64,000 nucleotides of DNA from Mustelus asterias (Eukaryota): the NCBI RefSeq assembly GCF_964213995.1, contig NC_135822.1:53134001-53198000 (forward strand), in the 5' to 3' direction. Numbering within the stretch: position 1 is the stretch's first letter; every line of letters begins with the position of its first letter. Shown piece by piece: positions 63,289 to 64,000 of the stretch. The notes below the pieces were generated by a model. That model was not told where the DNA came from. It searched no databases and saw nothing but the letters and a program-made list of their open reading frames with translations. The position numbers and the translations under genes were made by a program.

Positions 63289-63648
63289 GGGGCGGCACGG
63301 TGGCACAATGGTGGGGGCGGCACGGTGGCACAATGGTTAGACACTGCTGCCTCACAGCTCCAGGGACTTGGGTTTGATTCCAGGCTTGGGTCACTGTCTG
63401 TGTGGAGTTTGCACGTTCTCTCCCGTGTCTGCCTCGGTTTCCTCCGGGTGCTTCTGTTTCCTGCCACGGTCCAAAGATGTGCGGGTTAGGTGGATTGGGC
63501 ATGCTAAATTGCCCCTTAGTGTTCGGGGGACTAACAGCGTAAATACTTGTGGTTATGGGGATAGGGTCTGGATGGGATTTTGGTCGTTGCAGACTCGAAG
63601 GGCCGAATCGCCTCCTCCTGCAGTGAAAGGCTCTATAATCTATGATTC
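63289..63648 (+). mobile_element. HE1/V-SINE with duplicated 5' end
   Basis: GGGGCGGCACGGTGGCACAATGGT occurs twice. Confidence 0.9.
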
Positions 63649-63759
63649 TGGATCTTCCTGCATTATACTCCCACTGCAAATATTTAATCACTAATTAATA
63701 GTATCCGTATGTATTTGTAGAAACTTCCTATACAGAGGTGAGTTTGCGATATTATTGAT

Positions 63760-64000
63760 TTTATTATTAGTGTCACATGTAGGTTTACATTAACACTGCA
63801 ATAAAGTTGCTGTGAAAATCCCCCAGTCACCACACTCTAGCCCCTGTGGGTACACTGAGGGGCAACTTCAGCATGGCAAATGCACATAAACAGCACCGCG
63901 TTGGACTATGGCAGGAAACTGGAGCACCTGAAGGAAACCCACACAGACACAGGGAAAACATACAAACTCCACACAAACAGTGACCCAAGTTGGGAATCAA
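63760..64000 (-). mobile_element. V-SINE with Rex1-like tail (also 57320-57580)
   Basis: V-domain plus GCAGTGTTAATGTAA..GTGACACTAATAA. Confidence 0.8.

Noticed and set aside
63721-63737. 17-nt AG..GT microexon (KLPIQ) as the continuation of CCP1
   Set aside because: Lacks the C..W..C half of a sushi domain and has the wrong phase.
1-64000. NAR-TCR, D/J/C segments, CRISPR or prokaryotic systems
   Set aside because: No IgNAR-type V, FGxG J with RSS, or C1-set exon was seen; the repeats lack unique spacers; the sequence is vertebrate.

Overview
Eukaryotic DNA, almost certainly from a shark: it is dense in HE1/V-SINEs, shark-type CR1 LINEs and Penelope elements. The window is one end of a T-cell receptor V array, most likely TCR beta. 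It holds 7 TRBV30-like V genes (6 on the minus strand, 1 inverted on plus). Only one of them (33940-34402) has an intact leader, V exon and 23-RSS. It also holds a triplicated ~5 kb cassette (~0.75-23.4 kb) carrying a second, V-delta/VH-like V family, all copies dead, plus an unidentified ~1 kb module. No D, J or C segments were seen. At the right end a plus-strand C1r/C1s/MASP-family gene begins. Its visible exons run signal-CUB1 and then directly CCP1, with no recognisable EGF or CUB2 exon and with the CUB Ca2+-binding signature altered; this is the best novelty candidate. Much of the remaining sequence is retroelements (CR1, Penelope palindromes with hammerhead cores, Rex1, Tx1, an L2-like LINE, SINEs). 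All family assignments come from motif recognition without database searches.
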